Under the pieces are notes generated by a model that worked only from the letters and a program-made list of their open reading frames with translations, ran no database searches and was not told the origin of the DNA. Shown one piece after another: positions 33,185 to 46,628 of a stretch of DNA of 64,000 bases. The translations under genes were made by a program, and so were the position numbers. The stretch's first letter is position 1, and each line of letters begins with the position of its first letter. This DNA comes from Podarcis filfolensis (Eukaryota), in NCBI GenBank assembly GCA_964270895.1, contig OZ185435.1; one strand, given 5' to 3'.

Positions 33185-34193
33185 GTCCTCAGCTTCTGCT
33201 GGAGGTTATGAGATCTAAGTTAAGCTATTGCAGGGCCTTCGACATGTTGGTAGAGCATTGGCTATGCCTGGGAGCTGCCCCAGGTCCTGAACTTCTGGGT
33301 CCCCTGCTGTTCCTAATCTTGTTCTCCAACTCTGTTAAGTGCAATGCAGAGGTTGCTTCTGAGTAACTCTAGCTGATAGGCAGTACCCATGAGTTCTAGC
33401 TTACTGTTCTGGAGGCATATAGCCTATCCAGAAGAGGACACGGGGCACAGCAAATATGCACAACAGGTCTGCTGCTTCATGCTGATGGCAGCTCTCTTTC
33501 ATCTTCATTTGCCTCCTTTCTATGTCCAGCAAGAAAAGGGAAAAAAGAGGCACGCCTCTAATAGACAAAAGCAGGAAACAAAACGAAAAACCAATTGCAA
33601 ATGTACAGAAAGAATATATAATAGAAATAAATCACAAATAACAACAAACAAGAATAGCACGTGCATCATGCGCTGGTGCAAATTGATGTAGCACACAGTA
33701 GGACATAAACAAAGCAAATGCTCAATATGCATGTACAATAATTATGAATTCACTAGTTAATATAGTGATTTTACAGAGTAATTATAAATTCACATGCTGG
33801 ATATAATTGTTTGATGGATAGCCTGAAAAGATCCATTTTGAGAAATTCTTCAGCATAAACCATCCATGTATTATGAGAAGAACGACAATCGGAATCAAAT
33901 ATGAGGCATACATTTATTTATTTTTTGTTAAATGTGGAATTTATTCCCCCAACAATGCCAGCCACACAGCATTGTGAGTTGGGTGGTAGACCTCAATTTT
34001 AGTGCCTCCCAAGACCTCAAGCCAGGAATATCTGCTCAGACACATGGGCATTCTTACTAGTCAATCTCTTTATAAGGTGATTTTTCTTATTTCATCAGTA
34101 ACTTTTTTTGAAACGATTGTTGATCTTATATTTGCCATCTTCAAGATTCAGGCTTTTAAAAAAAATGTTCATTAGGGCAGCACTTAATGTTTA

Positions 34194-34204
34194 CAATCAG
34201 TCAG

Positions 34205-34237
<33 letters not shown>
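34194..34237. repeat. (TCAA)n microsatellite with TCAG variants
   Basis: Tetranucleotide run. Confidence 0.9.
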
Positions 34238-34238
<1 letters not shown>

Positions 34239-36769
34239 TTGTGTTACTGTGAGGCAAAACACAAGCCTATTTCACTGGTCTTTGTTGGGGTAAGTTTATA
34301 ATAATTGGGCAGTTGTGCCATGACAAAAGCCATATGCAGTTTGGTGTGTGTGTGTGTGTGTGAATGGGTTCACAATTGGCTTACAGGGCACCATGTTGGC
34401 AGAGCACTATGATGAGGCCTCATAGTGACATTTACATATTTGCCCCAGGGTGACTGGACCAAGTGGCAAAACAGCTGAGGGGAACCCCTCCTCACAGACC
34501 CTTGAGATTCATGTTGGAGATTCCTCAATCTCCACCACCCTTATCAGCTACAATCATTACTCCAGGTTTTACTGCTGAACAAGAGCTCCTATCAGCCCCA
34601 GCCAGCGTGGCCTATGGTCACAGATGATCAGAACTGGCACCAAAGGTTTTGCGCACACCAGAGTGTCTATCCAGGTCAAGACTCTACTGTCCATAAAACT
34701 TCCGCTTTACCTTGCTACTAACCCAACTGCACATTGATCTCTTAAACTGTATGCAACATAGCACTACATCTATGGTTCCATCGGGACAAAGATCTTCCTT
34801 TAGCAATGGAAACTTTCCTCTCACTTCCCCCTGCATCCCTCAAATCTGTTCTAGGTTCTACCCAACCTTCTGGAGTTCTGTCTTCAAGTACTGCCTCTTG
34901 ACTCAGGAAGTAACTATTTGCACATTATCAAGGCTTCATTGTTCCTAGGTCTGCTTCTGCCTTCCTTGAAGCAGACTAGAGTGCCCTGTCACACTGTTTG
35001 GTAATTGCTGGTGTGTGTAGTGTGAATATGCAGAGCCAAACTACCAGCTAACTCAGAGTGTCCCATTGCAAGGCACAACTGCCCAGAGGGTATGGCTTGT
35101 GGAGGATGCTTGCTGTGGCCACAAGTGTGAATTCCACAGGATCTTAAATTTCTTTGAGACTCAGCTTACATTTGTAGTTTTCTCACCTGCTCAACTTGGC
35201 AAAAGAGACCTGCACCCTCCTTCTGGCATGTATATATGCAGACATTCTTTAATCACATAGTTGTGTTTTGTAAATCTGGCAAACATTCTCACCTTGCAGC
35301 ATAAAAGAACTCAGACATAAAATTTAGACTAAAAGCTGTTCTAAACCCAGTCTTCTTTCCTTTGCTTTGTCAATCCAAAGTGCATTAAAATTAAACTCCC
35401 GTGCTTCTCGAAGCTGCCTCTGTTATTATTGGAACTGATGCACATTTACTATAGCCAATCTATTTTTATTTGAACCACTTATGCTGTATGAAACCGAGCA
35501 TAATAACTCGAGTCAATACAGATATATCTGTTTTTATTTAAACTTATAAGTGTGCTAAAAGCAACAAATGTTTTCCCCACTGAAAACCAATACAGATATA
35601 TAATACATAGAGAAGATATGCAGCAATCAAAACAGTGGTGTCCAGTTGCTCCAGGGGCTGTTTTAAGAAACCATTGCATCTTATTTTGGACAAGTTTAGG
35701 AAACCAAAGTTAGCAGAAGCTGCATCCTGAGTGCAGTGAGTGGTATCTGGAGTTGGTCCCTTTTAGTAAAGCTGCTATGAGTAAGCAGGGAACTACTCGT
35801 TACTAAGAGAACTAAAACCAGCAGGGGCAATTTCATGAGATCAGCTTGGGTCTGAAGTAGGAATTCAGCTTATTACACCTTGGCAGAGAAAGACCTTCTA
35901 GAATTTGTGGAAACTGTTGTGCAGTTTACCTTATGTTCACATGAATTATGTTCCATTTAGTTAGGCCATGCATAGTAATCAGTGGTGCACATGTGAGCAC
36001 ACTTCCCCGCACAGCGAGTGATCCTAGATACACTGTGCAACATTCACTTTTGATAAGAAAAATACTAGTTCACTAGTTGCATATTGTTTCCTAGGTGCAT
36101 TGCATAGATTCCACCCCTTTTGAAGAGAGTTGCAGGTGTGTTCTGGGATGGGGATGGAGAATGACTTAATTGTGCATGGTTCCTCAAGTATTATTTCATT
36201 TATTTATTATATGCATTAATATTCCATTCTGAAGGTGTGGACCAAATAAATAAAACCAAAAAGAGACCATATGAAAACTAAAACCAAAAATTGACAATAG
36301 AATTTAGACCTTGACCAGTCTGTTCATTTGGTTCTCCATTTAAAATCCTCTTTTACCTTTTACCTATAGCTATTATGCTGCTCAGAGCAGAGGTCAATAA
36401 CATGAGGGCCACCTCCAGATACTGTTGAAGTTCAACTCCCATTAGCCAGCATAACCAATAGTCAGAGATTATGGGAACTCCATACCTTGGGCTTAGAGAG
36501 ACGCTTAATAAAACCATAGAACTGTAGACTTGGAAGGAACCTTGGTTAGTCCCAAGGGGGGACTGCATAACCCACCCATGGGGTCTGTGGCACCATTCAC
36601 ATAACAAAATACCATAGAGATATCAAAATTTTCAAAATAGGGGGTCCGTGGCTTGACTTTTGCAAAACAGGGGTGCTCAGTACTTAGCTATTTGGGAACC
36701 ACTGATAAAGCCCAACTCCCTGCGATGCAGGAATCTTACATGGTCCCCTTACATGGTCCCCCATACTGG

Positions 36770-36850
36770 ATCCCGTGGAACTCCCTTCCATTAGAGGCTA
36801 GACTGGTCCTCTCTCTACTTTTCTGTTGCTGGCAGACAAAGACAGGTGTT
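36770..36850 (+). mobile_element. Degenerate L2 C-terminal remnant
   Basis: 'tggaactcccttccattagaggctagactgg' (WNSLPLEARL). Confidence 0.55.
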
Positions 36851-37869
36851 TGGCCACTAACTGCCTGTTGTGAGAGGGTCTGCTGTTGTTCTGTTTTGTT
36901 TTGTGTGTGCCTTTAAATGTCTTTTTCAGTGCTGATTTTTAATAGGGGGAGGGAAGACGTTTATGCGTATGCATGTGTGAGGAAGTGTCAGTGAGGAAAG
37001 GCATGGTTTGCGCCTCTGGATCAACCCAAGTTACCCTCAGTTTATAAAGATTCAGCAGCAGATTAAGTTCTGATGTTTCCACGACTCATTTGGCCTGAAC
37101 CCAACAGTTGACACTGATCTCATGTGATTTTTTTTCTCAGCCCTTTAGAAGTCTGATTTCCAAGCCGTCTCCCACCCAGGTGGTGGTGGGAATGCCTGAT
37201 TTAGAAAGGCAGTGGAGTTTCCTAATGTGTTTTCACAGCAGCTGCTCATGGGTCCCTCCTGCTGTGAGTCAAGAGGTTGCCCTGCAAAGTTGGATGGTGT
37301 AAAGGCTTCCATTGCTGTGAATCTTTGCCTCTCATCTCTGCTGCTTTCACACCTCGGTGGATCTCATTCTTCCTCATGCCTTCACCACTTATATTAGCAT
37401 ATCTTTCTCAACTGAGGAGCCTGGCATTCAGATAACGCCATATTCCTTTGTCCCAAATCATTCTCCCTCTCCTCTCCATGTTGCAGTGAGCAAGGAATAC
37501 TCCGTGTCAAGTTAACCATGAGAGACCAGGTCTGAGCAGTACAACACGAGGAAAAGAAGGGAGACAGTGTCTGAGTTCTGGCATTAATAACACCCAAACT
37601 TCCACCAATACAAATACAGTGAGCTCCAATTAATCCTGTGGCTAGCAGGGATCCGTGCCAACACAGAGTCTCTTGGTGTCAAACTAAATCTGAATCTCAC
37701 ATTGACAGTATTGGGCATTGCTCTTCTTACACAGTAGCTAAGTGCTGGTGGTAGAGGATTGGGTAATGCTGGAATGGGGAAGCTGTGGCCCTCCAAATGC
37801 CATCAGATTGCAAACCTTGTCTGTCTTCATGAGCAGGGCCTATAGTTGAGGATGAGCCACAGGCTCCCC

Positions 37870-38000
37870 ATCTCTGATGTAGCAGATGACGGGAATGACA
37901 TCTGCCTGAGACCCTGGAGAGCAGCTGCCAGTCAGAGCAGACAATGCTGGGAGGTGGATGGACAAAAAGTCTGACCTGGTATGAAGCCATTTCCCATGTA
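37870..38000 (+). mobile_element. Squam3-like SINE 3' part
   Basis: 'ctgcctgagaccctggagagcagctgccagtcagagcagacaatgctgg...' matches the other copies. Confidence 0.65.
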
Positions 38001-41000
38001 ATCCAAGCTATTCATAACAGTAGAGCAGAACAATCAAAACTGTAGGAAAACAGCATAATTTATGTCAGGGTAAGTTATTCTGAAGTCACATGCTCCTATG
38101 ACACACTCCATTTGGCAGTGAGGCTACGGCCAGCTGAACTGAGCATGGCAGAGGGAAAGCAAGCCTTTAAAATAGGGGTTGATTTACACCACCTCTTTTG
38201 CCAGTGTGGCTTCTACTAGGTTGCTAGATTATGTGACCAAGCTCAGCAGAATATGGAAGAGGGGAAGCAGGGGGGCCAGGGCCCCTACAATATTTTCATG
38301 AAGGGGGATAGGCCCCCACAAAATTCCATGGTGATCCTCAAAAGGATGCGTCAGGACAAAGATGCTTGGCGTCATTTGGAGGCTTGCCAGAGTGCCCTCC
38401 TGGAAGGCGCTCTGGTGATCTCTACCTGGGATGCATGTGAAGAAGCATCTTCACTCTGTGCATCCCTTTGGGTAAGGCAGCTGGCAGTGGGTGAGGGATG
38501 GCGGGCTGAGTTGGCCTGGCCTGGCCTGATGTCATGCTGCACCGCCATGATGTTGTGGGGTGGGGTGCATTGGTGCATTGGGGTAAGTCTTCTCCTGCGC
38601 TGTCCCCCCCCCCCATTTTTGAGACTTCCCACAGCCTAGGCTTAGTGAGCTTTAACTGGCCTATGCTGACATATCTCTGGCTGAGTTTGGACAGCATAGC
38701 CCTTGTTGGCCCAAACCCAGCCAGAGATCTATCTATTCCAAACTCCACTCCTCCTGCTGGATCTTGGGTCTGGATTGCTCCCTGATCCCCACCATGTCTT
38801 CTCTTAACCATCTTTGCCTCCTTTCCCTCTGTGTTGCAGTGACCAAACAATGCTTCTTTGTCAAATTCCAGATATGGCTCTCCCCTTGAATCTTTAGGGG
38901 CAACTTTATGCTGAGTTTTCCATTACAAAAGGAGGAATATTATGTCAAATATTTACTAAAATACGAGCTTCAGCAAAGGGCATATTTTGTTGCTATACCC
39001 CCGTGCTCATTCTTCCTTTGTAAAGTCTCCTGTCCATTCTTTTCATTTCCTGCTTCCTTAAGGGAAACAATGGTATTCCCTACAGTGCAAAAAAATCTGC
39101 TAAGTTTACCCAAGAGAGATTCTATAGCGGGGCGGGATAATGTCATCAATACTGAAAACTAAAGCTTCCTCTTCTTGTTCATGCCTGTCTTTTTAGCTCA
39201 CTTTGGCTTACCCATTTGCTCCCATTTTTGCAGTCCTCCCCTCCTTGCAAAAAAAGAAGAAGAAAAAAAGAGAGGATCTTTATGAAGGAGAGTATTTATT
39301 TGAAATGATGAGAGGAAGCAAACAAGATAAAAATGGAGAGATAAGTGACGAGACGGGATTTCAGTCCTGGCCTAGGTTTCAAGTGAACGATTGTCAATAC
39401 TAATAACATAAACCTAACTGTGAAGGGGACCCAATACACAGTGGCTTGGGAATGCTTACAGACATCTGAAAATTTAATCAGAGGGTGCCATCAGAAATGT
39501 AGCCAGTGTGTCTGGAATTTGGGTTTAATGCATTTGTTTGAAATATTCTACATTGGTGAGGGGGGAAAGTGCAGGAGATATTTGCATGAGATGCAGTTGC
39601 TTTGCTGTGTGGGGAGAAAAAATCTGTCTTCTGTACAACCATAGAAACAAAGGAGAGATAACTCACCTTGTGTTCCACGATAGTTGTGCATGGTCCATGT
39701 GATGAAACTTGGCCACATCTGTAAAATGGGCACCCCACCAATAAGATGAGCACTTCAGTTCAAGCGTAGCCAAGAACTGCTCACTTTGACCTTGAAGCCC
39801 TACAAGCTGCATATTACCTCCAAGTTTAGAAGCTGCATACCACTGAACACCAGACAGAGGGAGCCACAACAGGGAAGGCTCTTGTTTTCATGTCTTGCTT
39901 GTGGGATTTCCTGGGGCATGTGGCTAGTCACAGTGTGGTAGGATCCAGATCAGGGTGAAAGGTCTTTAACGCTTTCATGCCCTGCTGCAGTTTTGATTCA
40001 GATCCATCTTCCATACTATCTATTTGTTTTGGTCAGAATACTCATTGAAGCATATGGGAGACTCCCTCCTTGCCTTAGCACAAACAGAAGGTGCAGGAGC
40101 CCTGATCTTGATCAGAACTTCAGTGGGTGGGCAAAGGGTTCAACCTTCTAGCCCTGGGCCACCCGGGCCAGCAATCCAATTTTAAAAATCATTCATGTTC
40201 TTGCTAACCCTTGGCTCTGAAGTCACACCATGGAAATGCATAGCTACTGGCTGATGAAGTATGTCTGGTGGGGCTGCTACTACATAGTGCTGCTATCTGC
40301 ATAGTGCTGACCCAGATGCTCCTCAGACTCAAGTACTGTCATGGACTGTCAGGGCTCTGAGGAACAGGTGGAAGAGGTGTTGGGAATCTGATATGAGATA
40401 CAAAGACAGTGGAATTTGCTCCCAGCACCAGTCACCACATGGAAGCAGCTTAAGGTCCAAATAGTTTTCTGTTGCAGAAGATAAGGCTCAGTAAAACAGT
40501 TCCAGGCATAGATATATACAGCTTGTAGGCTTTTGCATGCAGATACGTGCAAGTACAAAGTATCTCCATTGTTCCAAATACACTCCAGCAATTCCGGACA
40601 TAACACTGGATATGTAACACCAACAGACTGATAACTCAAAGAGTAACTGCAGACTAACAGACACTACTGAGCTGACATGGATTAATCACAGATATAGTTA
40701 GGGCACTGGGCCGTTACCATAGCAACTTGCTTAGCTGACCTTTCCCCTGTGATTAGCTCATCCATGGGATGATTTACGTTCATGAAGGAAATTAACCCCT
40801 TCTTATGTCAAGTTCATCCAGCAAAAGGTAGTGGGGGCAGAGACTGATCTAGGGGAAGAGGGGACAATTTATGGGGTTTTGTACCTCCCATGAGGCAGGA
40901 GCCAGAGCTTGAGGATGGGGAGCAGTCTGAGCAGTCAGAGATGAGGGAAGAGGATGTGCCAGGAGCAGAGGGAGAGACAGTGTCTGAAGGGATGGGGGTC

Positions 41001-41231
41001 AGCCGAACCAGCTTGGCCCCCTCCCCTACTGTCTCCCATGACCAGGAGGGACTAGAAGAGGCAGGCACAGCAACAACTTTAGTATAGGAGAAGTCACAGG
41101 GTGCTTTCACTCACTATGCCAATAAATAACGAAACTACCTGCTGTTTGTCCTGCTTGGACTGTGGCTCAGGACAGGAACATCTTCATAGTGCCAGTTTGC
41201 ATTTCTTAGTGCAGAAAGTATTGATCTCATG

Positions 41232-41675
41232 TGTAAATATTCTTTTCTATTTGGATTAATACAGGAGGATTCTCGAAGCTACTAGAGGCTTCTCTTTGTG
41301 AGAGAAGCAGAGGCAGAAGGGTTAATGATTGTTTGGGTTATACCTTCTGGGAAGCTGCTTTGAAATAGTTCTCTTATATCTATTCTGCAGAGTCATGCTG
41401 ACTATAAATATAGGCCAGAAGGAGCCTGGGCCTTTTCTCTTTCTTTCTCTTCCTTCTGGTGTGGTGTTTCTGTTTCTGTATAGTGTTAAGGTTTAATCTT
41501 GTTGTAAGTTTATAAGTTTTGTAAGTGCTGCAACTCTGTATGGACTGAGTCAATCCTGATTGTATTGGATTTGATAAGCATTACACTACATTTGCCTTCA
41601 GCACACGTAAAAGCTCTGCTGAATGAAATATTGCCTTTGGTCTATTTTTTGGAAACCCTGCTAAACTCTGCAACA
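41232..41675 (+). mobile_element. Probable old solo LTR
   Basis: TGTAA start, TATAAATA box at about 41403, T-rich downstream region, CAACA end; no clean TSD. Confidence 0.4.
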
Positions 41676-43091
41676 TGTTTAAGTTTTTTCCTCCACACCT
41701 GTGACACATAGTGCTGAACGGGGTGTTCATTTACTATCTGGTGCACCTTGTGGGATGATAAGTGTGGGATTTCCCACTCAGACATTGGTGTGGTCCTTCC
41801 TTGACCCTCCATGAGAAGGTACTATCCATCTGTTTAACCCCTCAGCTCTGGATGGTGAAGAAAGAAAACTACTCTGAAATCTAAAATGTTAACTTTGCAG
41901 CTCTAAGAATAAATAGATAAATAGATAAAATCCTCAGAAACCTAATAGATTTCTAGGCCTGCACCCGTGAAAAAGTGTTGTTGACATTAAAGGCTCATTA
42001 CCTCAAAGAGGAATAAACAGAAGTCATTTATCATCATCATTATGATGATCATCGCCATCATCATTAGCGCTGCCATCTTGAAGTCAATCTCACACTTGTT
42101 GTTGGACGGAAGCAGATTTTAATGTGTGCTTATCACAATTGTACATGGCGAGGTTTTGCATGCAACAGATTACTTTGTGACATTGAAAATAAGTACATTT
42201 CATAAACAGTAATGGAGCTGAAACACAGCTTGATCCCAGCAAGGTACACAAAAATGATTAGAGCCTGAAATGAGAAATTAAGTTTCTTTTAAAACAAAGG
42301 ACACAAAAGTTATTCACTGTGGTAAAGCTAAATGAGAATGTGCTTATAAAAAAAATATCTCCTTCAGTGACTTTCTCCCATAATGTCTCATTGTGGCTCA
42401 GTGGATAAAGTATATGGATTTGGGGGGTCGGGGGAGGTTGTCCGTGAAGCTCAACCAGTGGCAAGGGCCAAGACACAATCACTCAGAACTAGCCTACCTC
42501 ATGCAAGCTGGCTGTGAGGTTAGGTGAAAACTTTAAAATGTACTAGGGGGGTGTACTAGAAGGGATAGTAACAGGAGGAAAGCATTAGCTGCTGCAGGTG
42601 TAATGACTTTTTTTGCCTTACGAGTATTTAGAGGGCTTGTCCTATCATTAGACAATGTGAGGCAAATGCCTCAGGCAGCAGATGCTGGGGTGCACAGTGG
42701 AAAGCAGAACTGCATTTGCTACATAGCATCTCCTGACCCGCCCTCCAAACTAGCCTGCTGCTTCAAGTGTGGCGGAAGACACAACACCTTCATCAGTGGC
42801 AAATAAAGATTCAGCTGCCAGTCCAGTCAGCTTCTCTGTGTGGAAAAGCAAGAGTTAAAACCAACAATGCGTAGACAAAGATTTCATTGCAATGTTCTGA
42901 ATGAAAGCTTTGATGCATGAAGGAAGTATCAACGATAAGTGCACCTTCCTGAGTTTGCAGGCAGCCTGAAGTGGAGACAATTCGTGAGTTTGGAAAGGAT
43001 ATGAGGTGAAAGGGTATTGTTCCTGAATGTGCAGCCATTAGATCCATTTTAAATATTTGTTTATTTTTATTTAACAGGATTTATACACTGC

Positions 43092-43474
<383 letters not shown>

Positions 43475-43608
43475 TCACCAAAAGCTCTAGGTGGTTCATT
43501 GCTGCTTTTGTAGGCAGTGAGGGGGCGGGACAGGGATAAGGAAGCAATTACCGTATTTTTTGCACCATAACACTCACTTTTTTCCTCCTAGAAAGTAAGG
43601 GGAAATGT

Positions 43609-45364
43609 AAAAGGCGAAAGATTTATACGATCTGAAGAGAAACCAGAGTATAGAAGTAGTGAAGAAAATAAAATACTTGGGAATATGGTTAACAACTAAA
43701 AATATTGACCTGTACCAGAATAACTATGTTCAAATATGGAAAGGTATAAAAAAAGACCTGGAGGTGTGGAATAGAATGAAGTTGTCCTTTTGGGGCAGGA
43801 TTTCTACAATTAAGATGAACGTGCTCCCAAGGTTGTTATTTTTGTTTCAGACAATCCCCATAATTAAGGGGAGTGGAACCTTCAAAGATTGGCAAAAAGT
43901 GATATCAAGGTTTATCTGGCAGGGCAAGAAGCCAAGAATAAAATATAAATTATTTACAGATGCGAAAGAGAGAGGAGGCTTCGCCCTGCCAGATTTGAAA
44001 CTATATTATGAGGCAGCATGTATTTGCTGGCTAAAAGATTGGATTAAGCTTGAAAACAAGGAATTATTAGATCTTGAAGGTTTCGACAACAGGTTCGGGT
44101 GGCACGCTTATTTATGGAGTGATAAGAAAAAGGTTCACAAAGGCTTTGGAAACCACGTCTTCAGAAATTCGTTAATAGAAGTATGGGACAGGTACAAAAG
44201 CCTTTTAGAACCAAGGGTTCCACATTGGTTATCTCCGTTGGAGGTTACGAGTGTAAAGAAAGTGAACATGAGAGGCAATTGGGCTACATATGGAGATTTG
44301 GTAATGAAGGAAGGAGGAAAATGGAAACTAAAACCATATGAACAAGTTAAGGACTATGTATATGATTGGTTACACTACTTCCAGGTAAATGAAATGTTTA
44401 AGAAAGATGCAAAGGAAAAGGGGTATATAGAAAAAGACTCTAGGTTTCAAATGGATATAATTAATAGTGATAATAAGATCTTGTCAAAAATGTATAAGAT
44501 ATTGTTGGAATGGTGTACGAAGGACGAAGAAGTTAAATCAGTAATGATACACTGGGCTAGAGATTTTGGATATAATATCCAATTTGATGATTGGGAGAAA
44601 CTATGGAAAGAAAATTTAAAATTCACTGCATGCATGGGATTGAAGGAAAATGTGATGAAAATGTTCTATAGATGGTATATCACACCTGTCAAGTTAGCTA
44701 AAATGTATAAAACGGACAATAAGTGTTGGAAATGCAAAGAAAGGGAGGGAACATTTTATCACATGTGGTGGGAATGCAAGAAAGTTAAGAACTTCTGGGA
44801 AGGGATATATAATGAACTAAAAAAAATGTTAAAATATACTTTTGTAAAAAAACCAGAAGCTTTTCTTTTAGGTATCACAGGAAAAGAGATAAGAAGGAAA
44901 GACTGTAAGCTATTCCAGTATGCAGTTGTGGCAGCAAGAATTTTACTAGCCCAGAAGTGGAAACAGGAAGAAACACCGACAATTCAAGAGTGGAGAACGA
45001 AACTAATAGACTATGCGGAGCTAGATAAACTGACTGGAAAAATAAGATATTATAAAAATCGAAAGTTCATCGAACATTGGGGGAAGTTTGTAGATTATCT
45101 GAAAAATCTATGTGATTCACATACAACGCTAGTGGGGTTTCAAGAAGCACTGTAAAGGTTAAGATGTATTGTTCGGGAAAATATATATTGGTAAAGGTGA
45201 AAGTTAAAAGACAATGCAAAAAAGGAAATGCGTTATAGTTAGGAGTATATATGGATGATTACCAGAAAAATCGAAGGAAGTCTCAAAAGTATAATTTGTG
45301 AAATTTTGGCTAGAAATATATGATTTTTGCTGTAAACTAATAAAAAGTATATTGAAAAAAAAAA
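43609..45364 (+). mobile_element. Young 5'-truncated L1-clade LINE
   Basis: 19-bp TSD AGAAAGTAAGGGGAAATGT at 43590-43608 and 45365-45383; AATAAA at 45339; poly-A from 45355. Confidence 0.95.
43611..45155 (+). CDS. L1 ORF2 C-terminal fragment (end of RT plus CCHC domain), open but start-less
   Basis: IKYLGIWLT, MNVLPRLLFLFQTIP, GGFALPDLKLYY, CWKC...HMWWEC; 514 codons without a stop. The track start at 43659 is a GTG. Confidence 0.85.
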   Translation, partial: KAKDLYDLKRNQSIEVVKKIKYLGIWLTTKNIDLYQNNYVQIWKGIKKDLEVWNRMKLSFWGRISTIKMNVLPRLLFLFQTIPIIKGSGTFKDWQKVISRFIWQGKKPRIKYKLFTDAKERGGFALPDLKLYYEAACICWLKDWIKLENKELLDLEGFDNRFGWHAYLWSDKKKVHKGFGNHVFRNSLIEVWDRYKSLLEPRVPHWLSPLEVTSVKKVNMRGNWATYGDLVMKEGGKWKLKPYEQVKDYVYDWLHYFQVNEMFKKDAKEKGYIEKDSRFQMDIINSDNKILSKMYKILLEWCTKDEEVKSVMIHWARDFGYNIQFDDWEKLWKENLKFTACMGLKENVMKMFYRWYITPVKLAKMYKTDNKCWKCKEREGTFYHMWWECKKVKNFWEGIYNELKKMLKYTFVKKPEAFLLGITGKEIRRKDCKLFQYAVVAARILLAQKWKQEETPTIQEWRTKLIDYAELDKLTGKIRYYKNRKFIEHWGKFVDYLKNLCDSHTTLVGFQEAL

Positions 45365-45722
45365 AGAAAGTAAGGGGAAATGTCTGTGCGTGTTATGGAG
45401 GGAATGCCTATGGGTGGCATGTCTACGGATTTTCCTCCTCTAAAAACTACGTGCGTGTTATGGTCGGGTGCGTGTTATAGAGCGAAAAACACGGTATGTA
45501 TCCTATTCATTTGACATTGTGGTCAGAAGAGGTTCGTAAGTCCTCGTTTGCTAATGTGTCCAACAGCATGCCAGGGTATAATTCTCGACAGGGGCAACAT
45601 GTCCTGTTCTACTGCCTAAGGTGATGCCCCCCCCCCGCCACTGCCCACACTGCTCTACCCTGCTGCTACCTCCCTTACCTGAAAAGTGTTGAAGTCTGTG
45701 AAGCAGTGATGCTATGGCCAAT

Positions 45723-45828
45723 GGTTTCTGGTGAGATCTCATGAGATCTCGCCAAAATCTCATGAGATCTCATGCACCCGAGGTCTCGTGATATTTTTTT
45801 GAGATCTCACGAGATCTTACCAGAAGCC
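45723..45828. repeat. Imperfect fold-back built of GAGATCTCAT-type units
   Basis: Arm GGTTTCTGGTGAGATCTCATGAGATCTC pairs with GAGATCTCACGAGATCTTACCAGAAGCC. Confidence 0.8.
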
Positions 45829-46628
45829 AGCGTCAATGCCAGTGCCACTTTTCTGCCCATGATGGAAGAGGCTGGAAGGGTGGGGACACTGCTTCATGGG
45901 CAGGCCAGCCCTGCTTCTCAGACATATGTCAACTAGAGAGATGAGACGTGAGCACTGAAGATGGGTGGAAATATTTGCACCAGTATTTCAACCCACTTAT
46001 GACTATTTCTTAGGAGTACTTTGACTTTCTGGTTATCAGAAGATATAAAAATGAAAATAACAGATGCTCTTAAAATACACTGCCTTGTTGAAAAAATTGT
46101 TAGTTTGGTACATTCGTAAGTTAGCCTTTGAATCTTCTTAAGTGAATCTCCCCTTGCAGATCCAAAACTCTCTTTATGCTTTTCTTCCAAAACCTGAATC
46201 AACATGTTTGGAAGCAGAGCCATGGGAGGATGCAAAGCTCTGTTTTGTGCAAGTCTGGTAGCAGGTAAATTTGGATTTCCCTCTAACTTCCTTTCACTTT
46301 TTGTTACGGCTGCTATGCTGCTAGATCTTTAGTTTGAGGTATGCTGGTTCATTTCCTTATCTTACTATCTTGACAGCACTACTTCCTGGTTGTTGGGTCT
46401 CTTCTCATTTCCTGCAGATTTGCAGAAGAATTAGAAGAAAAAGATGAAGTGAAGCAAGTCAGAAAGCAAGTGACAGGATAGAAGTAGCTGTTTCAAGAGA
46501 CACAAACGTGCTGCCACTTTTCTCTCTCTTCACACTGTTATCTATAGAGTGCAATGAAGCCCCATCAGAGACAGGAGAGACACAACTGTTAGAACAACTG
46601 CAGAGCAGGTAAAACATTTGCCATCTCT

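Larger units (their letters stand above)
43551..45494. mobile_element. Tc2-like (TcMar) MITE, about 170 bp when empty, split by an L1 insertion
   Basis: TIRs CCGTATTTTTTGCACCATAACAC / GTGTTATAGAGCGAAAAACACGG; TA flanks at 43549-43550 and 45495-45496. Confidence 0.85.

Noticed and set aside
41226-41680. CATG(T) as the TSD of the 41.2-kb LTR, implying a second non-canonical terminus
   Set aside because: The boundaries are ambiguous and the element is degraded; a 4-5 bp match could be chance.
46418-46608. Possible exon (good acceptor, purine-rich, GT donor)
   Set aside because: The best-looking frame stops after 20 codons and I recognise no homology; it cannot be supported without RNA data.
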